Source of the DNA: Negaprion brevirostris
Taxonomy: Eukaryota
Direction: 5' to 3'
Length of the DNA stretch: 64,000 nucleotides
NCBI GenBank assembly: GCA_030324005.1
Contig: JARDVH010000121.1
Coordinates: 51,044,824 to 51,108,823 of the forward strand
Numbering within the stretch: position 1 is the stretch's first letter; each line of letters starts with the position of its first letter. Of the stretch, positions 38,885 through 52,373 are shown one piece after another. The notes beneath the pieces are model-generated. The model did no database searches. It was not told the origin of the DNA and saw only the letters and a list, made by a program, of their open reading frames with translations. A program made the position numbers and the translations under genes.

Positions 38885-39140
38885 TACAAAGAACAAAGAA
38901 CAACCCAGCACAGGAAACAGGCCCTTCGGCCCAACGAGCCCGCGCCGCCGCATCCTCCTACANNNNNNNNNNNNNNNNNNNNNNNNNNNNNNNNNNNNNN
39001 NNNNNNNNNNNNNNNNNNNNNNNNNNNNNNNNNNNNNNNNNNNNNNNNNNNNNNNNNNNNNNCCCTCCATCCTTGTTTCGCTCATGTGCCTATCTAAGTA
39101 AACCTTAAACAAGTCCAACGTGCCTGCCTCCACCACCCTG
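38885..39140 (-). mobile_element. CR1 LINE 3' end (gapped)
   Basis: aaagaacaaagaac tail; minus-strand peptide VVEAGTLDLFKVYLDRHM. Confidence 0.75.
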
Positions 39141-39990
39141 CGCTTTTCCTTCAATCCAATTATTTTTATCAGGCTAATCATAACTTCCTGCTAATAAGCG
39201 AAAGTTATGCCTTTCAAGTGCCTGAATGGCTAGCTAACTGGTTAGCTGGCACCATGAAATGTTATTTCAGCTATACAATGCATGTAACTATAGGAGACTG
39301 AAAGGCATTGAACGTGTAAAGCTTAGGGCTGACTCTTCCAATTCCTGTCTCTGTGGGACTGGTGACAAAGTTGTAAAAAAAATAGCTGAAGCAACTACCA
39401 GACTCACTCCTACCTTTGAGTAATCTTGCTGGAAGCAGGGTCAATGCAGCCGAGGCTGCCCAGCTGTCAGGGGCATGGGGGCCAGTTAGGCCCATTGCCA
39501 TTAATGATCCATTAATGGTTGTCTTCCCCACAGGGGACAGACAACTGGAGTCTGCTGGCTTGTGTACCCTCAAAGCTTCTTACTGATCATCTCAGCACAG
39601 TCCCACTCAGGTGTGACAACCGCAAGCCATCCTACTGAGCTGTCCCCTCTCATAATTATGGTTTGACATTCCAATACTGCAAGGGAATGCTCCATTTTGA
39701 GGTACCCTCGCTGTCTCTGTCTGCCTCAGCTTCACCAACCTCCGCCAGTGGGACTGTTGGCTGGACATGCTTGCAGCATCCTATGGTGCCTCCTGTTTCC
39801 ATGGTCCCCTGCCATCCTAAATTGGGCAGGGATTCCAGAGGATCAAGAGGCCCACTCTGGGAATATCGTGACCAACTTCCCATCACAGCCCCTTCTGTAT
39901 TCCTAAACCGGGATCGCAATGAAACTGGGAAAATTCAGCCCTTCATTTGGCAATCTATGGCAAATAAGGTAACACAGCTGCAATAGTCCA

Positions 39991-40110
39991 GGATGACACG
40001 GTGGCACAGTGATTAGCACTACTGCTTGACAGCGCCAGGGACCAGGTTCAATTTCCAGCTTAGGTCACTGTCTTTGTGGAGTTTGCACGTTCTCCCCTTG
40101 CCTGTCTGGG
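39991..40110 (+). mobile_element. V-SINE head fragment
   Basis: cacggtggcacagtgattagcact...gtttgcacgttctcccc. Confidence 0.8.
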
Positions 40111-40111
40111 T

Positions 40112-40410
40112 GAAGAGATGAAATATATACCTTGACTGATGGGATATCCTGGCTTGTGACCAACCAAAATGGAGAAGGCTCATTTGGGAAGGCACCAAAC
40201 ACATTAATAGACTTTGCCAGGAGCATGTAGGGGCGGAGTTGAGGCTTCAGAGCAAGCACATGAATCTCCAATCCACTCATCTATCCAGCCCTTCAACACC
40301 ACCTGCCCCACATGTGGCAGTCCGCAGATTGCGCAATGGATTGACCAGCTACCTCAAGCCAAGTGAAAGCAAGTCATCCTTGGTCCCAAGGGACTGTCTC
40401 AGAAGAAGGA
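40112..40410 (+). mobile_element. RTE-clade LINE 3' end
   Basis: acctgccccacatgtggcag (TCPTCG Zn-finger-like relic) and tail gcaagtcatcct...gggactg...agaagaag. Confidence 0.6.
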
Positions 40411-40429
40411 AGATAGGGCAGTGAGACTT

Positions 40430-41150
40430 AGTGCAAGCTAGGACACAGAAGGTGACCTCAATTTTGTGGATTGTAAAACATGAGAAGTCAGCCAGGAATT
40501 TGCTGGAATAGTCCATTCTGAAGGTAACAAAGGCATAATTGAGGGTTTCTGAAACAGATGAATTTCAGGCAGAGGCAAATGTTACAAAGGTGGANNNNNN
40601 NNNNNNNNNNNNNNNNNNNNNNNNNNNNNNNNNNNNNNNNNNNNNNNNNNNNNNNNNNNNNNNNNNNNNNNNNNNNNNNNNNNNNNNNNNNNNNAAGGTG
40701 GAAATAAACAATGTTGACAATAGAACAAACAAGTGGCCAGAAGCTCATGTCAGATTAGGTTTGTCGCTAAAGATGCAAACTTTCTGGTCCAGCCTCAGAT
40801 GGTTGCCAGAGAAGATTGGTGATTAGGGAATGAAGCTTGTAACCAGGACCAAAGTCCATGGCTTCGGTGTTTACAATACTGGAGGAATTTTCCGCTCATT
40901 CGCTTCAGGATGTCCGACTAACAATTTGATAGGATAGAGATCGTGAAAGGGTCATGAGTGCTCAGGTGAGTCTGGGTATTGTCATGTGGAAAATGACAGC
41001 TTTGTCAAGGAACAATGTGTAGATGAGAAATCAAAAAAACGAAACAGAATTCAGAAAGAGAAGAATAGAGCCTTGGGGAGCACCAAAAGTAATGGTACAG
41101 GAGCAAGAATGGAAGCTCTTGCAGGTGGCTATTGTTATAATCTCTGCAGG
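40430..41150 (-). mobile_element. L2-like LINE fragments
   Basis: Purine-rich degenerate sequence; ccttggggagcacc is the reverse of a G-x-P-Q-G-like motif. Confidence 0.45.
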
Positions 41151-42670
41151 GACTGATAACTTTTAAAAGAGATTCCAGCTTCCAGTTACTTGTTGAAAAA
41201 TGCCAAGAACCTTTGCTGTAACAAATAACTAAGACCATGATTGACAAGACATTATTTGCTTTCAGTCAGTGACTTAATACTTTAAACTACATCACCTTTT
41301 ATACTCATCACAAATTGCAATCTCGACACAATTTCAGTCCTTATAGCAAACAGCTTACAGTCGTTCCCAGCCTCCAATGGATTCCAGTATCCCCATGTCA
41401 CAGAGTATTATCTTCAAGTAATCCTCTCCAGGTGCTCTCTTCAAGCCTCGGAGATTTCCTTAAATCGATCACCGGCAGTAAGTCTGTTTCAATGGGCAGA
41501 ATTTAACCATTATTTGGCAGAGTGGCGCAGCAGGTGGAAAAACAGGGGGAGACCCAAGAGGGGCTTCTACGGTATATTTGTGAACCTCTTAGTGAAAAAA
41601 GAAATAAGGGGTGGGTCGCGCCAGCAATTTGCTTTCTAAAAGATCAGGAGGATGCACCAAGTTAAAAAAAATAGAAACACCCCCCACAATATTGAGACCC
41701 TTTCCCATAGGCAGGGAGCCTTTTCCATACAACTCTGTACACACAACCTCCCACCATGGAACCCACCCGGCAGTGACCCACTCCCCCACGGGGGTTGTAC
41801 TCGCTATTCTGGCAGGTTCTACTCACCAGTCACAAGCGGTGGGGGACCTGTAGTGATTCCTGTCGACGTGTAATTAATGTGGGGGCTAACAGGTGTAAAG
41901 GCCTGATGATGATGATGTTTAAATGTATTCAGATGGGAATCCTGATGTTCAAAGCTGGGATACCCGTTATGTCATTGGTACAGGGTGGGGATAATTGATT
42001 GGGGAATTGTCATTTTGGGACTCCTGCGGGATTTTTTTTGCCCTTGCCGCCATTCCCACTCTCCTGAAATCCTGAGGTGACTGCGGGATATGTCTCTTCT
42101 AATGGGAGACCGTCTCCCTCCTGCACCCGCCTGTGGTGGTTTGTACAGCCAAGTGGCCTCGTCTCTCTGCTGACAACATAAATCTGTGTCTGTCTGTGAT
42201 ATGCATTGATTTTAGGGAAGCCTGCAGTCTGATCACAAAAATAACTTCCTCTGCCACCTTCGCCATGGCAACCTGAAGCATATCAACCTTGCATCCAGTG
42301 GAAATGCTGATTAGCTGTTCTTGACCTCAGGTCTCTTTAACCTTTGATGTAAATAGACAGTTCACAGCACAACTGTTTGCAGCACAACCAGATATCGACA
42401 ACATTGTTCCGGGGCCTTGGAAGGTACAGAGTCTATCAACTGTGAATTCAGAGACGGCTGCCATCATCTCCAAATATAAGTACCTTGCACATTCATCCCA
42501 GTAAAGTAATCAAAGCTTTTTGCTGAGCTCCAAACATCAAACCTCACAGGCTTACTGTCAGGCAGACTTCAGAACAGATTAACTCTCCTAATTTTAAAGA
42601 TATGCTCCCAAGACATCATAATCTTAAAGACCTCACAGTTGTAACATTACCATTCAGCTGGGTAAGAATC

Positions 42671-42958
42671 GGCATAATGGCACAGTGGTTAGCACTGCTG
42701 CCTCACAGTGCTAGGGACCCGGGTTTGATTCCCTGCTTGGGTCACTGCCTGTGTGGAGCCAGCATGTTCTCCCCATGTCTGCATGGGTTTCCTCCGAGTG
42801 CTGTTTTACAGTCTGAAAGGTGTACTGGTTAGATGCGTTGGCTGTGCTAAATTCTCCCTTAGTGTACCCGAACAGACGCCGGAGAGTGGCAACTAGGGGA
42901 TTTTCACTGTAACTTCACTGCAGTGTTCATGTAAGCCCACTTGTGACACTAATAAACT
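42671..42958 (+). mobile_element. V-SINE, type B tail
   Basis: Head, V-domain and type B tail. Confidence 0.9.
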
Positions 42959-42969
42959 AATCTTGTAAG

Positions 42970-43290
42970 TAATTATGCAAGTGCAGTCCCGCGAAGCTCA
43001 AAGGGGAATATTGGCAGCGCTTGATGCGATAGTCAAGTCAAGGCGGAAGAGGAGGGGTATTTTACCTTTGTCACAGTCTTGTAGGATGTGATTTGTAACT
43101 GATATGGGCTGCCTCAGAATTGTGGCAGGAAAAGAACCTGAGTGGAATGATTCAGCATGGAATTTCGAGAATTGGATTTGGGAGGTGACAGCAAGTCTCT
43201 CAAGGGCTTGAGAGAAAAGGCAAATTAGCAATGGGACACTTTTGAATCTATCCGACTGAGGCATTGGTTTTTTGAGAAGTGGGATAATGG
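42970..43290 (-). mobile_element. L2-like LINE RT fragment
   Basis: ORF 42998-43264 VTNHILQDCDKGKIPLLFRLDL resembles L2 RT VTNDIL..D.G...LL.LLDL. Confidence 0.65.
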
Positions 43291-43299
43291 CACATTTGT

Positions 43300-43593
43300 T
43301 TAAGTTTCAAGTTTATTTATTAATGTCACAAGCAGGCTTGCATTAACACTGCAATGAAGTTACTGTGAAAATCCCCTGGTCACCACACTCTGGTGCCTGT
43401 TCAGGTACACTGAGAGACAATTTCACATAGACAATGCCCCTAACCAACACGTCTTTTGGACCGCGGGAGGAAACTGGAGCACCCGGAGGAAACACGCAGA
43501 CACAGGGAGAATGTGCAGAGTCCGCATACGCAGTGACCCTAGCCGGGAATTAAACCCAGGTCCCTGGCGCTGTGAGGTAGCAGTGCTATCCAC
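43300..43593 (-). mobile_element. V-SINE, type B tail
   Basis: Reverse type B tail and V-domain. Confidence 0.9.
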
Positions 43594-44454
43594 CAGTTGC
43601 AATAACAGAAGAGAGGGAATTGTTAACGGCATTAACTAGCATGGGAGCCAGGCAGGGAAGTTGTGAGGTTCAGGGGAATAGGGCCGAGAGAAGGTTTTAT
43701 TCGCAACGATCAGTGAAAGACAGCACAGATTTCTACCCAAGAGTGGTTTAACAAGTTTAATTGATCTTAGAACTTGATTTCTGCAAAAAGTATTTACATC
43801 ACATTTTCTTTTAAAAAGAGATGTTAAATTATTGATCGTGATTGGGCAAAACTGCCAGTTGTAAATCAGCTTGGTGTAATGCCCTTATTGAACTCAGCAA
43901 TAACAGAAAGCAGACCCCATACAGATTAAGAAATCTTAGATGCAATGGAAGTCTAAATTGGAGGAACAGAAAAAAATAGGAGCAGACTGATGCAGGCGCA
44001 CAAAGAGGAAGACTTATTAAGGGAGTGTAATTATGTGTATTTGACGCACAGAGACAATCTCTTAGCATTGCCTTGCACTATATTTGCCCCCATGGATTTG
44101 CTTCATTTGATTTAGTGGATTTTATGAGCATGAAAATGAGGCATAGCATGAGATTTAATTGCTCTCTTGCAACTCTTTGCAGCAGCAATCGCTCCCAGGT
44201 TAGCTATCATCCAGAGTTTGTATTGGACTCTTGTGTTGCAGCCAGTTTTCTTAATGTGTGATTTGTATTCTAGTAGGTTTGCACTGTGCTTCAAACTCAT
44301 TCTTCCCAGGATTGCTGCATTGAAGATTTTGCAGTTGTGCTGCCGGAGAATAATAAAGTATGCGGTAATAATGTTCATTGTGACAGCTGCACTATCAAAC
44401 TACCTGGTACTTTGGATCTTTGCTAACAAATTTAATGTTCCCTTTTTTAGAATC

Positions 44455-44616
44455 CATAGAATCATAGAATCCCTACAATGCAGAAGGAGGCCATTCGGCC
44501 CATTGAGTCTGCACTGACCATAATCCCACCCACGCTGTATTCCCGTAACCCTTCATATTTACCCTGCACGGCCAATCAACCTAACCCGCACATTTTTGGA
44601 CTGCGGAAGGAAACAG
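44455..44616 (-). mobile_element. HE1-type V-SINE 3' fragment
   Basis: catagaatcatagaatccctacaatgcag tail. Confidence 0.85.
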
Positions 44617-45195
44617 GAATTGTGTTTGGATATCGAACACTGAACAACTACTTGACCCATCGGTGTTTCCCATCTTTGTTTCTGCAATTAACATTTTATT
44701 AACATCAAGGAATTGAGGGATTTGGACCCGGGCAGGCACAGAGGACTATTTTAATTTGGCATCAAAGGCCCATTCCTGTTCTGTACTGTTCCATGTTCTG
44801 TATTCAAACACATTATGAAATATCAGATTGGGATATCACACAGAGGACACAGCATAATCTGGCAAAAAAGTCTGCCAAGATGTTTACACATATTATGTAT
44901 GATTTTATAACATATCAATCATTGAAGGAATTAAATAATGTAGATCAGACACCACATCAAATCACCTTCCACCAAGGCAATATTGAGAATTAGTTGAGTT
45001 TGGAAGTGGGTTTTTGATTACATAGATTGCCGTGCATTTGTTAATGACAAATAAACTGATAGTCACACGTTCTGCATCATTGATCTGGTCAGTCAGATAA
45101 GCAAGCGTGCTCACCTGTTGAAAATTGCAAACACGGTTTGCTTCCATCTTGGTTCCTGAAGCATACCTCAAGTAAAGCAATCCCAGAAAATTGGG

Positions 45196-45238
45196 CGTGT
45201 GTGTGTGTATGTATGTTTGTGTGTGTGTGTTTGTATGT
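45196..45238. repeat. Imperfect (TG)n microsatellite
   Basis: gtgtgtgtgtgtatgtatgtttgtgtgtgtgtgt. Confidence 0.85.
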
Positions 45239-45480
45239 TGGGGAGGGAAGATGGCAGTTAGGGGGAAGGTGAACCCACAGCAGTGCTCAGTTAGGATCAA
45301 GAGCCACATTTTATCAGTGGCAGACATCACTATTAAGGCTAAGGACAGCCATCCTCCTCCAAGAGTTACCGGCACTTCAAATATCAGTTGCGTCGTCCCA
45401 GTTGATATCAGCTTTCTCAGCACAGAGCAAAGGGCACAGCCTTTGGAAAACTCAGTTACAAGATGGACAAGATTTTACCA

Positions 45481-45973
45481 GTAACACAGTGGTACAGTGG
45501 TTCGCACTGTTGTCTCACAGTGACAGGGACCCAGGTTTGATTCCCAGCTTGGGTCACTGGCAGTGCAGAGTTTGCTCGTTTCCCCGCGTCTGCGCGGGTT
45601 TCCTCTGGGTCCTCCGGTTCCTCCCACAGTCCAAAAGACCGGTTAGTTAGGTGCATTGGACACGCTAAATTCTCCCTCTGTGCACCCGAATAAGCAGCAA
45701 AGTGTGGAGACTAGGGGATTTTCACAGTAACTTCATTACAGTGTTAATGTAAGCCTACTTGTGACCCTAATAAATANNNNNNNNNNNNNNNNNNNNNNNN
45801 NNNNNNNNNNNNNNNNNNNNNNNNNNNNNNNNNNNNNNNNNNNNNNNNNNNNNNNNNNNNNNNNNNNNNNNNNNNNGCACCCGAATAAGCAGCAACGTGT
45901 GGAGACTAGGGGATTTTCACAGTAACTTCATTACAGTGTTAATGTAAGCCTACTTGTGACCCTAATAAATAAA
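45481..45973 (+). mobile_element. V-SINE, type B tail (tail duplicated across a gap)
   Basis: Full copy 45481-45776; tail repeated at 45877-45973. Confidence 0.88.
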
Positions 45974-46079
45974 CAACCTCGGCATGAACATAAAACAAAT
46001 GGCAGTTTGTAACGATGGGTGGGATTTTCTGGCCCTTTCCACCAGTGGGACCTTCCCGTCCTACCAAGGTCGTGCTCCC

Positions 46080-46163
46080 TGAGGAAGACCACCCAGACAC
46101 GGGGAGAACGTGCAAACTCCACACAGGCCAGAGGCCAGAATTGTGAGGCAGCAGTGATAACCA
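46080..46163 (-). mobile_element. V-SINE fragment
   Basis: acacggggagaacgtgcaaactccacac...gaggcagcagtg. Confidence 0.7.
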
Positions 46164-46174
46164 NNNNNNNNNNG

Positions 46175-46318
46175 TCATCGTTAAACTTTTAATTCCTGAT
46201 TTTTGATTGAATTGAATTTCCATCATCTACAATGGTGGGATTTGAACCATAGTCCCCAGAGCATGATTTTGGGTTTCTGAATTATTGGTCCAATGACAAT
46301 ACCACTACGCCAACAACT
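46175..46318 (-). mobile_element. tRNA-SINE family C, 5' part
   Basis: ggtgggatttgaacc...accactacgcc as at 18430-18510. Confidence 0.7.
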
Positions 46319-47168
46319 CCTTTTGTTTTTGAAGACAATTTGAAGTTCTGTATTATTTCCAAGCCAAGTCATGCTTCTTCAGTTTCAACCCTCTATTTTT
46401 AGATGCATTAACACGTTAATTTCAAAATCCGATATAATTTCAGAGCAACTTGACATCTTAGCTCACCTTAATTTAGGCCAGAATTTAACACTGCTCAGGC
46501 TAATCTATGCTTGATAAGAAAAAAAGGTTTGCTTCTAAGAGAGGCATATTAAAGGAATGGGATTGTGAGGTTGCAGGGAGCAAGATGAATTCAGAATCGC
46601 CTGGAAGATAGAAAGATGCACTTATGTTTTCAAATTAGTGCCACATCTTACATTTTTCAAGTCGACCTCCTGGCTTCAAATGGGTGAGGTCTTGAAGCCC
46701 TGGTTGAAAGGTATACGTGAGAAAATTCTAACTTGTCCTTTAATATAAACTTGATAGCGCTGCCATCTCATCAGCAGTGCTGTCAAGAGAACATTACAGG
46801 CTTCCAGGTGACAGCAGAATGAAATTGTCTGTCACAGTATAGTTGGCATTTTTGATATTTTCTGAAGTTATGAAAATAAAGGGCACTCAATAGCATTGGG
46901 ACAACTATTATTATTACTTTATTGATATAGACTTTCTGAAATGCATCAATGATAAAGCTGTGAAGGTTATGCTTATCGAGTGAATTGCGATCCAAATTCA
47001 AAACCGGAATCTGTTTCAAGTGTTACGGCCACTTTAATTGTTCTCATTGAGGTAGTGTTTGCATTCCTTCTGACCTACAACCTGCATTTGTATAGTGTCT
47101 TTGCCTGAGAACAGTATCCCAAAGTGCACCACAAAGGAGCAATCAGAGAAAAATCACAATGAATATAT

Positions 47169-47750
47169 TGGGCCCGATTTTACCATCATTACCATTTTGG
47201 GTGCGAAAGCTTGGTAAAGTCGGTGGTGAGGTGAGTAGCGCGATCCGCGCCCGCCTCCGCACCAATTCCGCCTTTACTAAGACCCGAAAAATGGCTGCGA
47301 TTGGGACCGTGCCCAAAATAGACGTGATGGCCATTTAAATGTATTTGCATGCATTTAAATTGACTTAATGGGCTGCACGCTCAACTTTACCGGCGTTTCC
47401 CCCTTTACCACTGCGTTTGCCCATCCAGAATCTGTGTAAAATAGACAGGCTCCACGAAAGTCCAACTCGGGCGCACCAGTTAGTGGGGAGGTAAGTGTGG
47501 AGCGTCTGATGGCTCTCTGCGTGAGATTGGTGGGGGGGGAGAAGGGGAGGTCCACTGCCACTCTGCCTATGATCAGTGAGGGAAAGGGGGGGTTCGCTGC
47601 CTCTCTGGATTCTCTGATCTTGTTTGTCCTACCACTGCCCGCTGCCAGTGGGCATGGAGAATTTGGAGCTCAGCCAAAACTTCATTCAATGCAGCAGGAC
47701 TGGAAAATCCCAGGCATTATCGAGGTTGGAGAATTCCAGCTCTCGTGTTT
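47169..47750. mobile_element. CpG-rich Harbinger-type element fragments
   Basis: Start gggcccgattttacc; internal inverted repeats; end ggagaattccagc. Confidence 0.5.
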
Positions 47751-47892
47751 GATGGGAATGGAAAATGATGTGTTTGAATTTCCCATTGTTTAACTGGATA
47801 AAATTATTGCTTATTCAAGGGTGGATGTTGGATAAACAGTATGACAGTGTAGAAGCAGTGGGGGGTTGGGGAGAGATAGTGGAGGGTGGAGC

Positions 47893-48040
47893 TTTTTTTG
47901 ATTTATTTATGGGATGACTAGGCCAACATTTATTGCCCATCTTAATTGCCCTTAAGAAAATGGTAATGAGCTGCCTTCATAAACCGCTGCAGTCCCTGTG
48001 ATGTAGGTGCACCCACAGTTCTGTTAGAGAGAGAGTTCCC
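47893..48040 (-). mobile_element. 3' end of CR1-clade LINE, second family
   Basis: catttattgcccatcttaattgcccttaagaaaatggtaatgagctgcc, as at 26827-26900. Confidence 0.75.
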
Positions 48041-49952
48041 ACCGGCTGTTGTCAGTGTAGCTATCCAGGCTGACATCTGAGGGTAGAAGTTGTGTTAGTT
48101 AGTGGCAAAAAATGTGAATTTTTCCACTAATTCCATTGACTGCAATGAAACTGAATATATGGCACTACATATAACAGGCAGCCAATCTGATGCTGCCTAT
48201 TTTGCACCACCAATTTCTACCCCAAAGCCCTCAGATAATGATAGCATGTAGATGAGGAGAAGACTAAGGATCGATCCTCAAGAATTATCAGAGGAAACAA
48301 CACAGTGACAGGAGTAGCAGCTATTACTGGGGATGCATACAAAACATAAAAATATGAATGGNNNNNNNNNNNNNNNNNNNNNNNNNNNNNNNNNNNNNNN
48401 NNNNNNNNNNNNNNNNNNNNNNNNNNNNNNNNNNNNNNNNNNNNNNNNNNNNNNNNNNNNNGAATGGAACCAAACAAAGGCAGAACATCAGAGAAGAGGT
48501 GTTGGAAGAACTGTGTTACATCCATGCTCGGGCTATGGGTAAAATTTTGGAAAGTGACAATACATTCAAGGACTTTGCAAGGGGGGAAATGTTTATAATT
48601 TGGGTGATGGGTGGGAAAGACAGGGAGAGGTCAAGAGAGAGTGTCACAGGCTTTGATGTCAGCCTTTTAATTGATCACAATTTTACCCTTCGAGTAACCA
48701 GACAAGTGACAGAATTTTCTTAAACAGCTCTCACAACGACACTGGGAAGTACAGTTCACATCCCTGTAGTTAGCCAGGGTAATGTATTCCATGATACAAA
48801 GGCAATTAAAGTTTTCAAAATCAATTACAAGTAATTGGCATAAACCAATCACAATCACTTTATGCTTGCTTCATTGTAATATCCAGTCAGGGTTAAAGCG
48901 TAACAGTACAACTCGTTTCTGTATCTGTGGACCACTCCCATTTCCCAAGTTATGGATGTCAGATTTATGTGCTTTGCCAGATTAGTGACCTTGGTGTCTG
49001 TCTGTGAAAGCTCTTACAAGAAAACCTTTGTTTTTCAGCCTGTGTGATTTTTAAACTCGTGTGACTATTAACCCTTTCAGAGGAGGAGATTGTGACAGCT
49101 GTTCCGAAAAGGAGGGAGACAGTCCTTAAGAGAGCTTGGTTTGCAATGATTGGGATCCACCAGTCCTGCTCACTCTTGAACAATTTCAATTGAATTGTCA
49201 AGTATCAGAATTCCTCTGTATTCAAGCTAGAAGTAATTTCCCAAATTAGGGGCTCCTTGATTCAAAACATAAAAGTAAAATTGTGAACTAAGCATCCATT
49301 CTTGAACTTACAGAATCCTGTCAGTGTAGGAGCAGCAGAGGGGACACAATACCAAGCTGCTGACAACTTTTCATCTCCTCAGTACATGTCCTGAGTCTCG
49401 CTTTTTGTGCATTCTGCAGAGATTTTAAGAACTAANNNNNNNNNNNNNNNNNNNNNNNNNNNNNNNNNNNNNNNNNNNNNNNNNNNNNNNNNNNNNNNNN
49501 NNNNNNNNNNNNNNNNNNNNNNNNNNNNNNNNNNNNNNNNNNNNNNNNTTATATCAATATCAAGAGCGGTTTCTCTCTTTCTAAGGGCAAATGGTTCTTG
49601 CCTTATACACTGTTAAAATTCTGTTTGAAAACATAGATGATTCGCAGTGCATTTAAATTCACACTTCCAAATCTTTCTCTTCATCCTGATTTGTAGCTTC
49701 AGAAATGTAGGACGGTCATCACAAAATAATAGATGGAAGTGTGTTCTAGCCAGTTGTATTGTGTCATGCATGTAAGTGAAGTATAATTTTAGTTTTGCTC
49801 ACCAACAAATAGGGCGAATAATTTCCAAAATTCAATTATGTGTGGTTTTTTTATTGATTTAATTGGGGATATAGTGACTGTAATAATTTACCTCAGCTGT
49901 GTCCTGTTCCTTGAATCTTATTGATTATCTTCAATGGACCATGAAGAAAATG

Positions 49953-50262
49953 TTTAAAGTTTATTTATTAGTCACAAGTCGGCTTACATTAACACTGCAA
50001 TGAAGTTACTGTGAAAATCCCCTAGTCNNNNNNNNNNTCCAGTGCCTGTTTGGGTACACTGAGGGAGAATTTAGCATGGCCAGTGCACCTAACCAGCACA
50101 TCTTTCACACTGTGGGAGGAAACTGGAGCACCTGGAGGAAACCCACGCAGACATGGGGAGAACATGCAGACTCCACACAGACAGTGATCCGAGGCGGGAA
50201 TCAAACCGAAGTCCTTGGTGCTGTGAGGCAGCAGTGCTAACCACTGTGCTAGCGTGCTACCC
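49953..50262 (-). mobile_element. V-SINE, type B tail
   Basis: Full reverse copy. Confidence 0.92.
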
Positions 50263-50423
50263 TGTTACAAATATTATATAGCGTTATGATTTTCAATCCA
50301 GATCTCTGATTGACATTTCAGCCACTTCATCGGGAAAAAATCTAGAATTATCAAGTGGTGATAAATATATGTCCATTTCTGCATAGGGCATCAGTCCATC
50401 AAGATGTCATGTCATTCCAGCAC

Positions 50424-50725
50424 AGCTGCCTCACAGTGCCAGTCACCTGTGTTCAATTCCAGCCTCAGGTCACTGTCTGTGTGTGAATGTTTGCACGCAT
50501 TCGCTTTGTGTCTGCATGGGTTTCCTCCGGGTGCTCCAGTTTCCTCCCACATTCCAAAGATGTGTGGGTTAGGGTGACTGGTCATGATAAATTGCCCCTT
50601 AGTGTCAGGGGAACTACTAGAATAAATATGTGGAGTTACAGAAATAGGGCCTGGGTAGGATTGTTGTCAGTGCAGTTCGACGGGCCGAATGGCCTCCTTC
50701 TGCACTGTAGGGACTCTGTGATTCT
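50424..50725 (+). mobile_element. HE1-type V-SINE (type A)
   Basis: V-domain and CR1 tail. Confidence 0.9.
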
Positions 50726-51834
50726 AAGTTTATGAGGACTAAGGCATTTGTTTTGAATTGACAGAGAATTGTACAAGAAGGACTGGAAAGGACCATTGCG
50801 TCCTTTCAAGCCTTTCCCATCCCAATACAGCTTTAGCACTGACCCACAAAGCAATCTGCAGAAAGCTGGAAGGAAAACAATCATAAGCAATTCAGGAAAA
50901 ACTCAAGGAAACTCCTCCGCGATTCAATGGACCAGGTTTGTTCAACCTGTTCGTGCCACATTTCAATTGTTTTCTCCCTCAAGCAGCTGATGAACAAATT
51001 TTGAAAGGATAAGGTTTGGTGCAACGTTGAACAGGAATTTCAAAAAAATGTTGAAGTTTGAAGAAAAGCAACAACTCGCTGAGCAAAAATGAAGCAATAT
51101 CGAAGCATTAAATTTATACTTTTTTAAATTAGTAATTAATAAAGATGGCCATTTGAGAGTCAAACTGTGCTCCTGTGGTCTTTTCTCTTTGCTCTGTCTC
51201 CCCACTTGGTAGTTACTTTCTCGCCCTGGCCAGTCATCGAGGAGAGTATGTGACTACTTACCACGGAGAGACAGTGACTACCAAGTGGAGAGAGACCAAC
51301 TGGGAGTGGGCCAGACGAACACAATTTGACCCTCAAATGGTCTCTGTTGACTACTCATTTTTAAAATAATCAATTTATTGTTCTGACATTGCTTTATTTA
51401 TGCTTAGTAAGTTGTTTCTTTCCCTGAAGCCTCCATCTTTGCTCTTTAAAACTTACAAGTGATCCTATAAACAGCAAACACAGGAGAGAAATGGCCTCTG
51501 ACTAGAGGACAGGAACATACTCACTTACTCCTGGGTATTTTAAACATGGGCTCCGTGGGTCAGCTAGGAACGTGTAGTAACCCACAGCCTGCAGGACAGA
51601 CAAGACTGCCCTAAACCAATCAATTGAGATGAGTGTAGAAAGTCATCACAGCTGATACTTCTATCTACCTAGTGACTTATCCTTAAGAAAATATAATCCC
51701 ACCTTATCTATCACCTTAAGCTCCACAAGTCTCTGTAAATCTTTCTTGCCTCTCTGCCTCTCATCCTTTAAGTACTTTCTTAAAACCCACCTCTTTGACT
51801 AAGCTTCTGTCATTGTCCTATTGTACTCACGTCA

Positions 51835-52310
51835 CAAGAAATGGGAGCACGACAAGGCAATATGGTCCATCAGGCCTGCTCCATCATTCAATGAAGTCAT
51901 GGCTGATTTGATTATGGCCACAACTCCAGTTTTCTGCCTGTCCACACAACGCTTGACTCCTTTGTCAATCAAAATCCTGTCTAATTCAGCTATGATTATA
52001 TTGAATACCCCAGCCTCCACTTCTCTCTGTCGGAAATAGTTCTAAAATCTAATAACCCTCTGAGGGAAGAAATTCTCTTTATCTCTATCTTAGATGAGAG
52101 AACCCTTATTTTTAAACTGCGCACCCTCGTTCTAGATTCCCCCATGAGGGCAAACATCCTTTCAGCATCTACCCTATCAAGTTGCCTCCGAATCTTATAT
52201 ATTTCAGTAAGATCACCTTTTATTCTTCTGAACTCTGATGAGTATAGGCTGACCCATTCAACATTTTCACATAAACCAAATCCTTCATCAGGAAAATCAG
52301 CTTGTTGAAC
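51835..52310 (-). mobile_element. CR1 LINE 3' end
   Basis: Minus-strand peptide EAGVFNIIIAELDRILIDKGVK; CR1-type 3' UTR. Confidence 0.78.
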
Positions 52311-52373
52311 CCTCAGTGCAAGTTCTGTGGTTTAATGTTGTCCTATGCTTGGTTTGTCTGTTTCATTGATTCT

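Noticed and set aside
47169-47490. CpG-island-like GC-rich stretch
   Set aside because: It begins with a MITE-type TIR and has internal inverted repeats; better explained as a young DNA transposon.
49081-49140. Acidic peptide after a tttcag acceptor, a candidate pre-DH exon
   Set aside because: No frame matches an MCF2-family sequence and there is no good donor.
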